64,000 nucleotides of DNA, taken from Planctomycetota bacterium. Lineage in GTDB: Bacteria > Planctomycetota > UBA8108 > SXIK01. The stretch spans positions 8,896,001 to 8,960,000 of the forward strand of contig OZ244999.1 in the NCBI GenBank assembly GCA_965223265.1, read 5' to 3'. The notes beneath the pieces are model-generated. The model had not been told where the DNA came from, searched no databases, and saw nothing but the letters and a program-made list of their open reading frames with translations. Shown in pieces: positions 1 through 11,637 of this stretch (position 1 is the first letter of the stretch; each line of letters starts with the position of its first letter). The translations under genes were made by a program, and so were the position numbers.

Positions 1-277
1 AATTCACAACCTCCCCGTGTGCCGTTCCGGAGCACCATGCGGCGGTTCGGTCGATGGTTCGAATTGGTCGAACACGGCACACCGGTAGCTGTTATCAAAC
101 GTGAAGTCCGCCGGAGGCGGAGACAGAGCCCGGGTAACCACACTCAGGTTGCCGATCATGGCTGCGGCCACGCTCCGCGCCCACGCAAACGCCCAGAGAC
201 GGATCCGCGTCGCCACCCACGTTCGCTCACCATCTCGCGCCGATTCACTCGGAAGCCGCCTTGGCGGTCGCCGTGCC

Positions 278-1546
278 CTATGCGCCGAGGTCGAGCCTTG
301 TCGACTTGATTTTGTCGCGGTCGTAGACGCCCAGACCGAGCGCCGAGGCTAGCTCGATGTGCTGCGGCTGGCGGTACGAGTGGAAGCGTTTTGCCTCGTC
401 GGTCTGTGGCACGGAGAAGTGACTCTGGGCGACTGGGGGAAGGCCTTTTTCGATCCGCTTCTTGTCGATGATGTCCCAGGTATATCGATCCATCGCGACC
501 GGGTCGGTCGCGAAGTGCAGAGTGCGGTTGTACCAAAGGTTTCCTGGCGACTGAAATGGGCCGCCCTCAAACACTGCCGTGGTGCCGTCGAGGATGTGGA
601 GCACGACCTTGCGTCGAATCACGGGCAGGGCAACGATCGCTGGAATGAAGGTGTTGCAGGCGTTCGTGGTGGCGCTGGCGTGGCTGCGCGCAACGTTGTT
701 GACGAAGCCGTGCGACATATTCTTGAGCGCTAGCGTCACGCCGGCAGAGCCGTGATCCTTGAGGACCGGAAGATTGATGATCTTGTTGACCTTGCGAGAA
801 ACGATCATTGCGACGTGGGAGCGTCGTGCCCGGTCGTCGTTCGGGTCATGCTGCTGCACGTCGATCAGCTCGATCTCACGGTAGACCTCGGGATCGTATC
901 CGCCGAGATCGAGCTGCACGCCGTCGTACTGTTCGGTCGCTGCGTCCTCGCGTACGCCGTCGGGAAGATTCTTGTGATATCGCGCTTCACGAAACTCTTT
1001 GCGATAGCGGTCGAAAACGATGATGTCTTTCGCTCCAACACCCGCGCTCTTGAGTCCGTCGGCGACGGCGTGAACGAGTGGGAAGCTTGAGATCGCTTTC
1101 GGCCTTCCCACCGGATTGACTTTGACGCCGACGACATCGCCCGGCTCAAAGAAAAACTTCCACGCGGCCGTGGCGTCAGGAGCTCCGGTCAGTTCCATGA
1201 GCCCGCGCTGCACCATCTCCCTGACCGCCGACTCTTGCACCTTGCGCTGCACGATCGAGCCGGGATGATGCACTTCGACGACCTCTCCAGGGAACGGACC
1301 GGGAATCCCGAGCGGCAGTTTTCCCTTGGCCTCTTCCACTGCTGCGTTGGTGGCGCCTTCTTCGTCAGCGGCGTTGAGCATCGAAACCCCCAGCGCGCCG
1401 ACGATGGCGCTGCGCACGAATGTGCGGCGATCCATAGCATGGGTCTTGTCGGCTTGCCGCTGCGCACCCTGCCGCGAAGTCGGATGAGATTTGCAGCCGG
1501 AGGCGGGCTCGGAACATGCGTGGCGTTGTGGTTTGTGTGCAGTCAT
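278..1546 (-). CDS. DUF362-domain protein with twin-arginine (Tat)-like signal
   Basis: MDRRTFVRSAIVGALG Tat-like motif (alternative start 1435); DUF362-type motifs VGVKVN, INLPVLKDHGSAGVTLALKNMSHG, ATDPVAMD. Confidence 0.8.
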   Translation of the reverse strand: MTAHKPQRHACSEPASGCKSHPTSRQGAQRQADKTHAMDRRTFVRSAIVGALGVSMLNAADEEGATNAAVEEAKGKLPLGIPGPFPGEVVEVHHPGSIVQRKVQESAVREMVQRGLMELTGAPDATAAWKFFFEPGDVVGVKVNPVGRPKAISSFPLVHAVADGLKSAGVGAKDIIVFDRYRKEFREARYHKNLPDGVREDAATEQYDGVQLDLGGYDPEVYREIELIDVQQHDPNDDRARRSHVAMIVSRKVNKIINLPVLKDHGSAGVTLALKNMSHGFVNNVARSHASATTNACNTFIPAIVALPVIRRKVVLHILDGTTAVFEGGPFQSPGNLWYNRTLHFATDPVAMDRYTWDIIDKKRIEKGLPPVAQSHFSVPQTDEAKRFHSYRQPQHIELASALGLGVYDRDKIKSTRLDLGA

Positions 1547-1592
1547 GAGTGGGTCCCTTCAGTCGGCGGCGCGCAGGTCGTTCGGCCGTCGT

Positions 1593-3014
1593 CTACGTTA
1601 GGATTTCGTGAATCACTTCGCCACCGATGTCGGTGAGTCGAAACTCTCGCCCCTGGTACTTGTACGTCAGCTTTTCGTGGTCGACGCCGAGCAGGTGAAG
1701 GATTGTCGCGTGAAGATCCCTGATATGGGTACGACCTTCGACTGGAAGGTAGCCGAGCTCATCGGTCTGGCCATATGCCCTACCGCCGCGGATGCCGCCG
1801 CCGGCAAGCCAGGCGCAGAACGCATCTTTGTGATGATCTCGTCCGGCGCGTTCGCCTTGGTCGCCTTGGAGCATCGGTGTCCTGCCGAACTCGGCGCTCC
1901 AAACGACGAGCGTGTCGTCGAGGAGGCCTCGTTGCTTGAGGTCGCGGATGAGCGCGGCGCACGGTTGGTCGACCTGTGTGCACTTGCGGCGGAGGCCGCG
2001 GACGATTGAGCCGTGATGGTCCCAGCCCGAGTCGCAGAGCTGTACGAACCGCACACCTTTCTCGACGAGTCGGCGCGCCAAGAGGCAGTGATTCGCGAAA
2101 CTTGGCTTGCCTGGGGTTGTGCCATACATCTCGTGAATCGACTTCGGTTCCTGTGAGATGTCCATGAGATCGGGGACCGCCGTTTGCATGCGAAACGCGA
2201 GCTCATACTGCGCGATACGGGTGGCGATTTCCGGATCGCCAACGTCGGCTAGTCGGGTTTCATTGAGAGACTTGATCGTGTCGACGATTCTACGGCGACC
2301 TGATCGTGCTAAGCCGGGTGGATTGGATAGAAAGAGCACGGGATCGCCGGAGCTGCGAAACTGGACGCCCTGGTGCACGGAAGGCAAGAAGCCGTTCCCC
2401 CAGACGCTGTTGCCCGCGCCCGGAGTCGAACCAGTGACGAGGACGACAAACGCCGGCAGATCGCGATTCTCCGTACCGAGACCGTACGACACCCACGCCC
2501 CCAGGCTCGGCCGGCCAAACTCGCCGGCGCCGGTGTGCAGAAAGAGCTGCGCGGGACCATGGTTGAACTCTTCCGTCTGCAGCGTCTTGATCGGCGCGAT
2601 GTGATCCGCGACGGAGCCGAGGTGGGGCAGCAGATCAGAGAGCTCGAGCCCAGAGGCGCCGCGGCGAGAAAATCCAACGCGCGCTCCCATCAATCGCGGG
2701 CGACCGCGAAGGAACGCGAATCTTTGCCCTTTGATCAGGCTCTCCGGCACAAGTTCGCCGTCGTACTGCTGCAGCACAGGTTTGTTGTCGAAGAGCTCGA
2801 GCTGGGACGGCGCACCGACCATGTGCAGCAAGATGACGTTTCTCGCCTTCGCGCGTAGGAACGGAATCTGAGAGTCGCTGCCGGCATCCGCGAGCGGATG
2901 AGCTACCGATCTGTCGTTCGTCAGCAGCGAGGTCAACGCGATCGTCCCGAGACCAAACGTCGAGCGCTTGAACAGTTCGCGTCGCGTCAGTTGTAGGGCG
3001 AGTTCCGGGGTCAT
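1593..3014 (-). CDS. DUF1501 family protein (planctomycete, sulfatase-like fold)
   Basis: N-terminal LTRRELF; [63 protein letters not shown] motifs. Confidence 0.92.
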   Translation of the reverse strand: MTPELALQLTRRELFKRSTFGLGTIALTSLLTNDRSVAHPLADAGSDSQIPFLRAKARNVILLHMVGAPSQLELFDNKPVLQQYDGELVPESLIKGQRFAFLRGRPRLMGARVGFSRRGASGLELSDLLPHLGSVADHIAPIKTLQTEEFNHGPAQLFLHTGAGEFGRPSLGAWVSYGLGTENRDLPAFVVLVTGSTPGAGNSVWGNGFLPSVHQGVQFRSSGDPVLFLSNPPGLARSGRRRIVDTIKSLNETRLADVGDPEIATRIAQYELAFRMQTAVPDLMDISQEPKSIHEMYGTTPGKPSFANHCLLARRLVEKGVRFVQLCDSGWDHHGSIVRGLRRKCTQVDQPCAALIRDLKQRGLLDDTLVVWSAEFGRTPMLQGDQGERAGRDHHKDAFCAWLAGGGIRGGRAYGQTDELGYLPVEGRTHIRDLHATILHLLGVDHEKLTYKYQGREFRLTDIGGEVIHEILT

Positions 3015-3046
3015 TGTTCGGTCAACGGTGCATCATTCAGAAGAAC

Positions 3047-5494
3047 TCAGCTCTTGGTGATCACCTCATCGAGGTTGAGAAGAGCGTTGGTGACGAAGAA
3101 CCACGCCGCGATGTCACTTTCGAAGCCCGGATCGTTCTCGAACCGTAGGGGCTGGTCGGAGTCGTCTATCTGCGCGCCAACGAGCGCTCTCGCAGCGCCT
3201 GGGTCGGCTGCAAACCGAGCCCGCTCTTCTGTATAGACGCGGCTGAGCAGCTGCAGCTCGTCAGCCGTAGGCGCGCGCATCACGCAGCGGCGGAAGGTGT
3301 CAGCTGCGACTTCTCTGATCCGATCCTGGGAAGAACTCGTCGCGACTGCGGTGGGCGAAGCGGAGGCGACCGCTGTCGCACACTGCACTGCAAGCTCAAG
3401 CGCCACCTCGACGTAAACAGGATCGTTGAGAAGTGTCAACGCTTGCAGCGGCGTGTTGGTGCGTGAACGACTCGGTGTGCATGAGGCTCGGTCCGGTGCG
3501 TCGAAGTTGACGAAACTGGGGTAAGGGCTACTGCGCCGCCACACGGTGTAGAGACTGCGGCGGTAGCGGTCGCGTCCGGTGCTCGTGCGATAGGTATTGT
3601 CGACTTGTCCAATCACGTTCCAGACGCCGTCCGGCTGTGGCGGTCGGACTGGCGGGCCGCCCATCGTCGGTGCGAGGAGGCCGCTGACAGCCAGCGCATA
3701 GTCGCGGATCTTCTCTGCCTCGAGTCGTAGCCGTGGGCCGCGCCAGTAGAGCGTGTTTTCCGGGTCTGCCTTTTGCGCTGCCGACCAAGCTGCTGCGCGT
3801 GGGATCCGTGAGTCCTGACGGTAAGTGGCTGAGGTGACGAGGATGCGGTGCATGTGCTTCATCGACCATCCATGGTCAACGAACTCCGTCGCCAGCCAAT
3901 CGAGAAGCTGAGGGTGCGACGGCGGCTCCGATTGCGAACCGAAGTCCTCGAGGCGAGGCGCGATGCCACGGCCGAAGAACTCGTTCCACCATCGATTCAC
4001 CGCCGCGCGGGCGACGAGAGGGTTTTCGCGCGACACGAGCCACCGAGCCAGGCCGAGTCGATTCTTTGGCGCCTCCGGCTGCATTGAATGGAATACTCTC
4101 GGCACACCGCGCTCAACTTGCTTGCCGGGGTTCAAGAAGTTGCCGCGTTTGAAGACGTGAGTCGGTCTTGGCTCGTCGCGCTCCATCATAACCAACGTTG
4201 AGAACGGCTCGAGGAGCGCGAGCGATTCCTGACAACGTTCGAGCGACGCGGCAATCTCTTTGTGGCGCCCGTCTTGCGACAACAGGTGCTGCTCGACGCT
4301 CTTGAGGGTCTTGGCTCGGTCTTCTGGTCGGAGCTCTTCGCTGTTTCCCCTATTGGTTCGGCTAGCGGTCAGCAGCTCGCGTAGTGCTGGCGTGACGTCC
4401 GTCAGCGCTGCCGGGTCCTGATCGAAGCGGGTGAGAAGCTGACTTGCGTCGGCCTCTACCGTCTTCTTGAGTGCTGCTAACTCGCGCTCTGCACGCTCCC
4501 GTCGCTTCTGGAGGTCGCGACGACGACTCCGCCGTTCCGCGGGCTCCGGGAGCTCGAGCGAAGGTCCTACGAATTGCCTTCGCGCTCGTTCTTCCGCGAC
4601 GGTTTCTATCTTCGTCGAATTAAAGAAAGCGAATAACTGGTAGTAGTCCTCCTGGGAGAACGGATCGTACTTGTGTTCGTGGCACTGCGCGCACGCGAGC
4701 GTGGTCGCCAGCCACACCGTCGCCGTGGTGTTGACACGGTCGATCACGGCGTTGACTCGATCCTCTTCTTGGTCGACCCCAGCTTCTACATTCACCGTCG
4801 TGCCGCGGTGAAATCCGGTCGCGATGCGCTGCGCGAGTGTCGGGCTCGGTAGCAGGTCCCCGGCGATTTGCTCGACGGTGAAGCGGTCGAACGGCATGTC
4901 GGCGTTGAGCGCTTCGACGACCCAGTCGCGGTACGCCCACACTTGTCGGTGGCCGTCACGCTGGTAGCCGTTGGAGTCGGCGTAGCGCGCCAAGTCGAGC
5001 CAATGGCGCGCCCAGTTCTCGCCGTACTGCGGCGACGCAAGCAGGCTCTCGACGATGTGCTCGTAGGCATTCGGGTCATCGCTGGCAAGAAAAGCGTCGA
5101 CGTCGGCCGGTCGCGGCGGTAGTCCGATGAGATCGAGGTAGACGCGACGGAGAAGAGCCACACGATCCGCCTGCGGCGATGGGGCAAGCCCAGCGTCCTC
5201 GAGGCGGGCGAGAATGAATGCATCGAGCGGCTGTTGGATCCATGCCTTGTTTTTCACGCGCGGCAGTTGCGGGCGCTGCGGCGCTGCGTACGCCCAGTGA
5301 GTCGTGGCGGTGTTCCGTTCGATGCGATCTTCTGCGGTCGCCGTTGTCGTCGCAAAAGTGCTCACGGCCGCAATCAAGAAAATGCACAGTCGTCGGCGCG
5401 CGCCACAGGTCGACGACCACGGGGCAGCCTCCGCCGGTCGGTCACGGCGAGAGCGTCCACTGACCATTGGCACCGCTTGATTCGCTTCGTACAT
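3047..5494 (-). CDS. DUF1549/DUF1553 (PSD1) planctomycete protein with CxxCH
   Basis: HWAY..P, WLDLARYADSNG, CAQCHEHKYDP, NRLGLARWL, PSHPQLLDWLA, TNTPLQALTLLN, LLNLDE; directly upstream of DUF1501 gene. Confidence 0.92.
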   Translation of the reverse strand: MYEANQAVPMVSGRSRRDRPAEAAPWSSTCGARRRLCIFLIAAVSTFATTTATAEDRIERNTATTHWAYAAPQRPQLPRVKNKAWIQQPLDAFILARLEDAGLAPSPQADRVALLRRVYLDLIGLPPRPADVDAFLASDDPNAYEHIVESLLASPQYGENWARHWLDLARYADSNGYQRDGHRQVWAYRDWVVEALNADMPFDRFTVEQIAGDLLPSPTLAQRIATGFHRGTTVNVEAGVDQEEDRVNAVIDRVNTTATVWLATTLACAQCHEHKYDPFSQEDYYQLFAFFNSTKIETVAEERARRQFVGPSLELPEPAERRSRRRDLQKRRERAERELAALKKTVEADASQLLTRFDQDPAALTDVTPALRELLTASRTNRGNSEELRPEDRAKTLKSVEQHLLSQDGRHKEIAASLERCQESLALLEPFSTLVMMERDEPRPTHVFKRGNFLNPGKQVERGVPRVFHSMQPEAPKNRLGLARWLVSRENPLVARAAVNRWWNEFFGRGIAPRLEDFGSQSEPPSHPQLLDWLATEFVDHGWSMKHMHRILVTSATYRQDSRIPRAAAWSAAQKADPENTLYWRGPRLRLEAEKIRDYALAVSGLLAPTMGGPPVRPPQPDGVWNVIGQVDNTYRTSTGRDRYRRSLYTVWRRSSPYPSFVNFDAPDRASCTPSRSRTNTPLQALTLLNDPVYVEVALELAVQCATAVASASPTAVATSSSQDRIREVAADTFRRCVMRAPTADELQLLSRVYTEERARFAADPGAARALVGAQIDDSDQPLRFENDPGFESDIAAWFFVTNALLNLDEVITKS

Positions 5495-5944
5495 GAACGA
5501 TCTCGTCCAACAACACTGGGTGGGTCTTCGCGCTTCGTCGCCTCTCAGGAGGTCGCCGAAGGGGTTTCAGTAGACACCCGCCAGGGTACCACGGGCGCGG
5601 TGTCGGTTGCGAGACTCGAGCGCGAGGCATGGCGCCGAACCTGCCTGCTGGCGCAAGGTGGTGGGACTGCCTGACCTCCGCTCTGAGGCCGGAGTGTGCC
5701 GGCTATTCGATCACGCGGACCTAAAGTCGTTTCGACACGCGACGCTGAGCCGAAACCGGCGTGAATACCGCAGCTATCGGATTGGTGACGCCTCGTGGAG
5801 GACTTGCCTCTACCCGGCGCTGCGAGTTGCCTGTAGCCTGGCAAGAATCCCTCTTACGGACATCAGAATTCCCAGGCGCGGCTACTCTTTTGTCGGCAAT
5901 GGCCGCCTGCGCCTTTTTGCATTCAGATCACGGAGACAAGCGAG

Positions 5945-7993
5945 ATGCAGCGAGGCCACTCTTTTATCGTCGTAGCGCTGACACTTTCGATCACGTTGAT
6001 AGCGAGCCGGGACGGCTACGGCCATCACCCAAAGGGTGTCGAGTACAAGGTCTTTCAGTTCTCAGAGGAGAAACTGCCGAAAATCGACGGCGACCCGTCG
6101 GACTGGAGTGACGTTCCCGCAGATTACAAGATCGACGGATCGCACCTGCGCGACACTGTCATGGGCAAGGGGGCGGACATGGACCCCGACGATCTCGCCG
6201 TCGAGGTGATCGTCGGCTGGAGTCCGGTTTCGAACCGGCTCTACTTTCTCTACAAGGTCTACGACGACATGTTCAACTTCAACCTGCCGCGAGGCGATAT
6301 CTTCGAAGTCGTCGTTGACGCAGACCATTCGGGCGGACGGTACCACACATTCGACGATGTCGATGGCGAGACCGAAGCCCTCCTCAAGAGTACGACGGCG
6401 CAGAACTACCATATCTTCACACCGCCAGCGAGCGGCAAGAAGTGGGCTTGGGTGTGGGGCTCACAGCAGTGGCTCATAGAAAAGCCGTGGGCCGAGGCTG
6501 AGTACGCCTACGATTTCGCCTACAAGGAGTCCGGCACACTTTACCTCGAGTTCTACATCACGCCGTTCAACTACGCTAGCTTTCGAGGCGCGGAGTACAG
6601 CGCAGTCCACAAGCTGGAAGAGAACAAAATCATCGGCCTTTCTTGGTCGGTGCTTGACTACGACGAGAGCGACACGACCTACGAAGGCTTTTGGAATCTG
6701 TCGCATCACACGCGAATGGATCGCACCGCCAGCCTGCTGCCGAACTTTCGCCTGATGCCGCTAGCGAAGCCAAAAGTGGGTGCGGAGTGGCCTGAGTTTC
6801 GCGGCCCGAAGCATGACGGGCACTCGACCGCTACGGATCTGCCCCTTCACTGGAGCGAAGAACAGAACGTCGCATGGAAGACTGCAGTGCATGGACGAGG
6901 CTGGTCGACCCCGGTCGTTGTGGAAGACCAACTTTGGCTGACCACGGCAACTCCCGATGGACGTGAGATGTCCGTTCTTTGTGTTGATCGAGAAGACGGT
7001 CAGGTTTCACTGGATAAGATTCTTTTCACCGTCGAGAATCCTCGCCCGCTTGGCAATACCGTGAACACGTACGCCTCTCCGTCTCCGCTCGTCGACGGTC
7101 GGCGTGTGTACGTGACGTTTGGGAGCTACGGCACGGCATGTCTCGATCGGTCGACGGGCGACGTGCTGTGGCAGCGTCGCGACCTGAAGTGCAATCACTT
7201 TCGTGGCCCGGCGTCCTCGCCTGTCCTGCATGAGGGAAGACTCATCATGCACATGGACGGCTCGGACTATCAGTACGTTGTTGCCCTCGACAAGCTGAGC
7301 GGCGATGAAGTGTGGAAAGTCGATCGTTCGACGGACTTTGGAGATCTCGACGAGAACGGCAAGCCGCGTGCCAACGGCGACTATCGCAAGGCGTTCAACA
7401 CGCCATTCATCAGCCAGCTCGCGGGTCGCCAGCAGATGCTGAGCCCTGGAGCGAAAGCGGCGTTCGCTTACGATCCAGCCGATGGGTCCGAGCTCTGGAC
7501 GGTTCGCTATTCCACGCATTCAACGGCGTCTCGCTCACTCGTCGCGGGTGGGTTGGCTCTCATCAATACGGGCTACAGCAAGCCGGAGTTGTGGGCTGTC
7601 GACGCCAGCGGTCGGGGTGACGTCACTGGGACGCACGTGCGCTGGAGGAGGCAGCGAAACATCCCCAAGCGATCCTCTCCAGTGTTGGTCGATGGTCTTC
7701 TCTACCTTGTCACCGACAAAGGGGTCGCAAGCTGTGTAGAGGCGGCGACCGGCGAGGAGGTTTGGCTGGAGCGTATCGGAGGTAATTTCTCGGCCTCTCT
7801 TATGCACGCCGACGGCCGTATTTACTTCTGCAGCGAGGAAGGGGAGACGGTTGTGATCAAACCAGCGCGGCATTATGTCGAGTTGGCTCGGAATCGCCTG
7901 GCCGCCGGGCTCATGGCATCTCCGGTGGCCGCCGGGGATTCGCTGTTCCTCAGGACGAGGACGCATCTGTATCGGATTCGCGCCGACGTCTAG
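5945..7993 (+). CDS. Secreted fusion: CBM9/DOMON-like N-terminal domain plus PQQ-like (BamB-type) beta-propeller
   Basis: Signal peptide; PKIDGDPSDW and FEVVVDADHSGG motifs; then WPEFRGP, WSTPVV, ASSPV, G+W repeats, ending LFLRTRTHLYRI. Confidence 0.78.
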   Translation: MQRGHSFIVVALTLSITLIASRDGYGHHPKGVEYKVFQFSEEKLPKIDGDPSDWSDVPADYKIDGSHLRDTVMGKGADMDPDDLAVEVIVGWSPVSNRLYFLYKVYDDMFNFNLPRGDIFEVVVDADHSGGRYHTFDDVDGETEALLKSTTAQNYHIFTPPASGKKWAWVWGSQQWLIEKPWAEAEYAYDFAYKESGTLYLEFYITPFNYASFRGAEYSAVHKLEENKIIGLSWSVLDYDESDTTYEGFWNLSHHTRMDRTASLLPNFRLMPLAKPKVGAEWPEFRGPKHDGHSTATDLPLHWSEEQNVAWKTAVHGRGWSTPVVVEDQLWLTTATPDGREMSVLCVDREDGQVSLDKILFTVENPRPLGNTVNTYASPSPLVDGRRVYVTFGSYGTACLDRSTGDVLWQRRDLKCNHFRGPASSPVLHEGRLIMHMDGSDYQYVVALDKLSGDEVWKVDRSTDFGDLDENGKPRANGDYRKAFNTPFISQLAGRQQMLSPGAKAAFAYDPADGSELWTVRYSTHSTASRSLVAGGLALINTGYSKPELWAVDASGRGDVTGTHVRWRRQRNIPKRSSPVLVDGLLYLVTDKGVASCVEAATGEEVWLERIGGNFSASLMHADGRIYFCSEEGETVVIKPARHYVELARNRLAAGLMASPVAAGDSLFLRTRTHLYRIRADV

Positions 7994-8183
7994 CTGGACG
8001 AATTCTCGCTTTTACGTCGTCGCAACCCGCGCCTCCGAACAGTTTTCGGCGACCGGCGCCGTCGATTTGCCGGTTCCGAAATCGTGTTGTAGTTTTGAAT
8101 ACGGCGGCTGGGGGCCGGTATGGGTAAATCCAAGGGCAGGCAGCCCTTCAGGATAGGTCGAGGAGAGTAGGGGAGAGAAGAAG

Positions 8184-9335
8184 ATGACGACAACCGAAGC
8201 CGTCTCCATCCGTCGTGGCGTGTCTCAATCGCTTGATCCGGCAGTTGCTGCGCGCGAGCTGCACGAATCGATCTCGCAGGCCAATACGGCGCTTGGGGTC
8301 TTCTATTGTTCCCCAGAGTACGATCTTGTCGCTCTGGGCACAGAGCTCAAACGGAATTTTGGCGACGTCGAGTTGATCGGCTGCACGACTGCCGGGGAGA
8401 TCACTCCGATTGGCTACGTGTCTCGATCGATCACCGGAGTCACCATCTCCGGTCGGGAACTTGTCGCCTCGACTCACCGCATCGATCGAGTCAGCGAGTT
8501 CGAGTTCGCCAACGGCAGCGCGATCGCTCAGTCACTGCGGGCGTCCCTACAGAGCAAAGTGCCTGCGGGTGATGAGTGGAACTCGCTCGCCTTTCTTCTG
8601 ATCGATGGCCTTTCGATGATGGAGGAGAGTGTCGTCGCTGGGCTGCATCTGAACCTTGGCGATGTACCACTCTTCGGCGGTTCGGCAGGCGACGGCGTGC
8701 GCTTCGAAGAGACATTCGTATACCACGATGGTGAGTTTCGCCGCGACTGTGCCGTCATCACGCTCATGTCGACCTGCCTTCCGTTCCACGTCTTCAAGGC
8801 GCAGCATTTTGTCCCGACCGATACCAAGATGGTCGTGACGGGAGCAGATCCCGCGAGACGGATCGTCACTGAAATCAACGGTCGGCCCGCTGGCGCCGAG
8901 TATGCTCGCATCATCGGGCTGGATTCCGCCGAGTTGACCCCGATGATCTTTGGTAGCCATCCGGTGGTCGTTCAGATCGGCGGCGAATACTTCGTCCGTT
9001 CAATTCAACAGGTGAACGAGGACGGCAGCCTCTCCTTCTTCTGCGCCATCGACGAGGGAATCGTCCTCACGCTCGGGGAGCACGTCGATATGGTCGAGAA
9101 TCTGACCGATCTCTTTCGCGACATTCGTGCGCAAGTCGGACCGCCTCAGCTCGTGATTGCGTGTGACTGCATCCTTCGCAACCTGGAAAGCGATCAACAC
9201 GAAATCAAAGAGCGTATCGGCCAAATTCTGGCAGACAACAACACGATTGGCTTCAGTACCTACGGCGAGCAATTCAACGCCATGCACGTCAACCAAACGT
9301 TCACAGGTGTTGCGCTTGGAGCACCGGTACGATGA
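8184..9335 (+). CDS. nosP: FIST-domain sensor, NosP-like
   Basis: [56 protein letters not shown]; ATGA overlap with downstream histidine kinase. Confidence 0.85.
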   Translation: MTTTEAVSIRRGVSQSLDPAVAARELHESISQANTALGVFYCSPEYDLVALGTELKRNFGDVELIGCTTAGEITPIGYVSRSITGVTISGRELVASTHRIDRVSEFEFANGSAIAQSLRASLQSKVPAGDEWNSLAFLLIDGLSMMEESVVAGLHLNLGDVPLFGGSAGDGVRFEETFVYHDGEFRRDCAVITLMSTCLPFHVFKAQHFVPTDTKMVVTGADPARRIVTEINGRPAGAEYARIIGLDSAELTPMIFGSHPVVVQIGGEYFVRSIQQVNEDGSLSFFCAIDEGIVLTLGEHVDMVENLTDLFRDIRAQVGPPQLVIACDCILRNLESDQHEIKERIGQILADNNTIGFSTYGEQFNAMHVNQTFTGVALGAPVR

Positions 9336-11587
9336 GCGAAAGCGTGGCTCCGTCAAGCTGCGAGGGTTGCCAAGACTTCGAGGAAGAAATCGCTCGCCTC
9401 AACAAAATCATCGCTGCGCTCATGGTCCGCGTGGAGCGCAACATGAATCTTCAGAACGAGGGGTTCTCTCTCTTTCAGGCGGCGACGTCTCTCGAAAGCA
9501 AGGTCCGCGAGCGTACCGCGGCGCTTGAGGTCGCCATGCACAAGCTGGAGGCTTCGAACGTCGAGTTGACGAACGCGCGCGAATTCGCCGATGCCGCCAA
9601 TCTGGCCAAGTCCGAGTTTCTCGCCAACATGAGCCACGAGATCCGTACGCCGCTCAACGGCATTCTCGGGATGACGGAGCTACTTGTCACTACAGATTTG
9701 AGCCCGCGTCAGAGACGGTTTGCCGAGATGGTGAAAGACTCTGCAAAGTCCCTTCTCTGCATCATCAACGACATCCTGGATCTCTCGAAAATCGAAGCGC
9801 GAAAACTGGAGCTCGATTCGATTCCCTTCGATCTTCGCGATGTCGCAGAAGACGTCGCTGAGCAATTTGCCGAAGCAGCTCAAAGCAAGGGCCTAGAGAT
9901 CACAACGAGCGTCCCTGTAGAATTGCACACGAGATTCTTCGGCGATCCGATTCGTGTCCGCCAAGTGCTCACGAACCTGTTCTCAAATGCGATCAAGTTC
10001 ACCCAGCACGGTGAGGTCGGGGTTCGCGTCGCGCTGTCGTCGCAAGACGACGAGTCGAGCACTCTTCGTTTGGAAGTGCGCGACACGGGTATCGGCATCG
10101 CTGCTGAGGCTCAGGAGCATATCTTTCAAGCATTCTCTCAAGCCGATGGTTCGACGACGCGTAGATTCGGCGGTACCGGACTGGGACTGACGATCTGCAA
10201 GCAGCTCGTCGAGCTCATGGGTGGCGAGATCGGCGTTGACACGACCCTCGGACAAGGGTCTGTATTCTGGTTTACCGTGACGCTCAAGAAGCGGCCGGAC
10301 CGGCTGATCGAAAACTCGTCAGCGCTCACCGGACGCGTCGTGCTGATCGTCGACGACAATGAAACCTGTCGACGCAACCTGCAGCACGTGCTCAATGCAT
10401 GGGACGTACGCTCCGTCGGGGCGCGCGATGCGCAGGAGGCGCTCCGTCTGGCGCGCGAATATGCAGCTGATGGTCGGCCGCTTGACCTCGCCCTCATCGA
10501 TCGGTCGATGCCTGGAATGTGCGGCATTGACCTGTCGAGGTCTTTCTCGCGAGAGCCAAGCTTAAGGAGGATCACGAAGGTTCTCCTTTCCTCGTTCGGC
10601 GATCGTTGCGACGACGAGGAGCGCGAAGCAGCAGGAATCGCTGATTGGCTCACCAAACCGATTCGACAGTCGGAGCTGTACGATTGCCTTGTGAATGCTT
10701 TTTCCGATTCGCGAGCCCCGAGCTCGCGGCAGGACGTTCACGAGCTGCGAGCGCCGTCTGTGCAGTTCGAGGGGCAAGTCTTGCTTGCCGAAGACAACGC
10801 AGTGAATCAGGAGGTTGCTGTCAGCATGCTTGAAATGCTCGGCTGCACCGTCACCGTTGTCGGCTGCGGAGAGGCCGCTGTCAGCGAAGCAGGCAGGCGG
10901 GAGTATGATGCGGTGCTCATGGACTGCCACATGCCACGCATGGACGGTTTTGAGGCGACGCGACGAATTCGGCAGAACGAGCGCCGCGACAATTCGCGCC
11001 GCACACCAATCATTGCACTCACGGCATGCGCCCTTACGGAGGACCGACAGCGCTGCTTCGAGGTGGGAATGGACGACTATCTGAGCAAGCCGTTCACGCA
11101 TCTTCAGCTCATGGACATGCTGGGACGATGGTTGGCGCATGAAGATGGTGCAGCAGCGGAGACGGAGATTCTTTCGCGCAGCATGACGAAACCGGATGAG
11201 GATGCACGTTCAGTCCAGTTCGCGGTCCTTGAACCGGAGGCGCTCAACGACATCCGCATGCTCCAGCGGCCGGGAGTGGAGAGCATCGTGAAGCGGGTCA
11301 TCAATGCTTACCTAAAAGAGTCCACGACTCAGATGCGTACGCTTCAAGCCTGCGTCCAGTCGGAGGACGCCACCGCAATCTATCAAACCGCGCATGGCCT
11401 GAAATCGAGTAGCGCTCGTGTTGGAGCTCTGCGATTCTCCGAACTCTTCAGGCAGCTGGAGATGATGGGCAGGTCAGGGGGGCTTGAAGGTGCGCGCGAA
11501 GTCATGTCGCAGATCGAATCCGCTTTTCCGCTCGTTTGCGAAGCTCTCGAGGCCGAGAAAGCCGCGGAGCTCGCCGCCGCGACCTGA
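9332..11587 (+). CDS. Cytoplasmic hybrid histidine kinase (HisKA-HATPase-REC-REC-HPt), NahK-like
   Basis: H-box [16 protein letters not shown]-box NAIKFT, G boxes DTGIG and GGTGLGL, receivers LIDRSMP and LMDCHMP, HPt AHGLKSSS; no TM segment seen. Confidence 0.92.
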   Translation: MSESVAPSSCEGCQDFEEEIARLNKIIAALMVRVERNMNLQNEGFSLFQAATSLESKVRERTAALEVAMHKLEASNVELTNAREFADAANLAKSEFLANMSHEIRTPLNGILGMTELLVTTDLSPRQRRFAEMVKDSAKSLLCIINDILDLSKIEARKLELDSIPFDLRDVAEDVAEQFAEAAQSKGLEITTSVPVELHTRFFGDPIRVRQVLTNLFSNAIKFTQHGEVGVRVALSSQDDESSTLRLEVRDTGIGIAAEAQEHIFQAFSQADGSTTRRFGGTGLGLTICKQLVELMGGEIGVDTTLGQGSVFWFTVTLKKRPDRLIENSSALTGRVVLIVDDNETCRRNLQHVLNAWDVRSVGARDAQEALRLAREYAADGRPLDLALIDRSMPGMCGIDLSRSFSREPSLRRITKVLLSSFGDRCDDEEREAAGIADWLTKPIRQSELYDCLVNAFSDSRAPSSRQDVHELRAPSVQFEGQVLLAEDNAVNQEVAVSMLEMLGCTVTVVGCGEAAVSEAGRREYDAVLMDCHMPRMDGFEATRRIRQNERRDNSRRTPIIALTACALTEDRQRCFEVGMDDYLSKPFTHLQLMDMLGRWLAHEDGAAAETEILSRSMTKPDEDARSVQFAVLEPEALNDIRMLQRPGVESIVKRVINAYLKESTTQMRTLQACVQSEDATAIYQTAHGLKSSSARVGALRFSELFRQLEMMGRSGGLEGAREVMSQIESAFPLVCEALEAEKAAELAAAT

Positions 11588-11637
11588 CGGGCGTTTGTCG
11601 CTCGAAGCGGCCCACAAGAGGCCGCGCGATCCACAAT

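Noticed and set aside
1-277. Short ORFs at the window start
   Set aside because: No recognisable motifs; region contains degenerate hexamers and looks intergenic.
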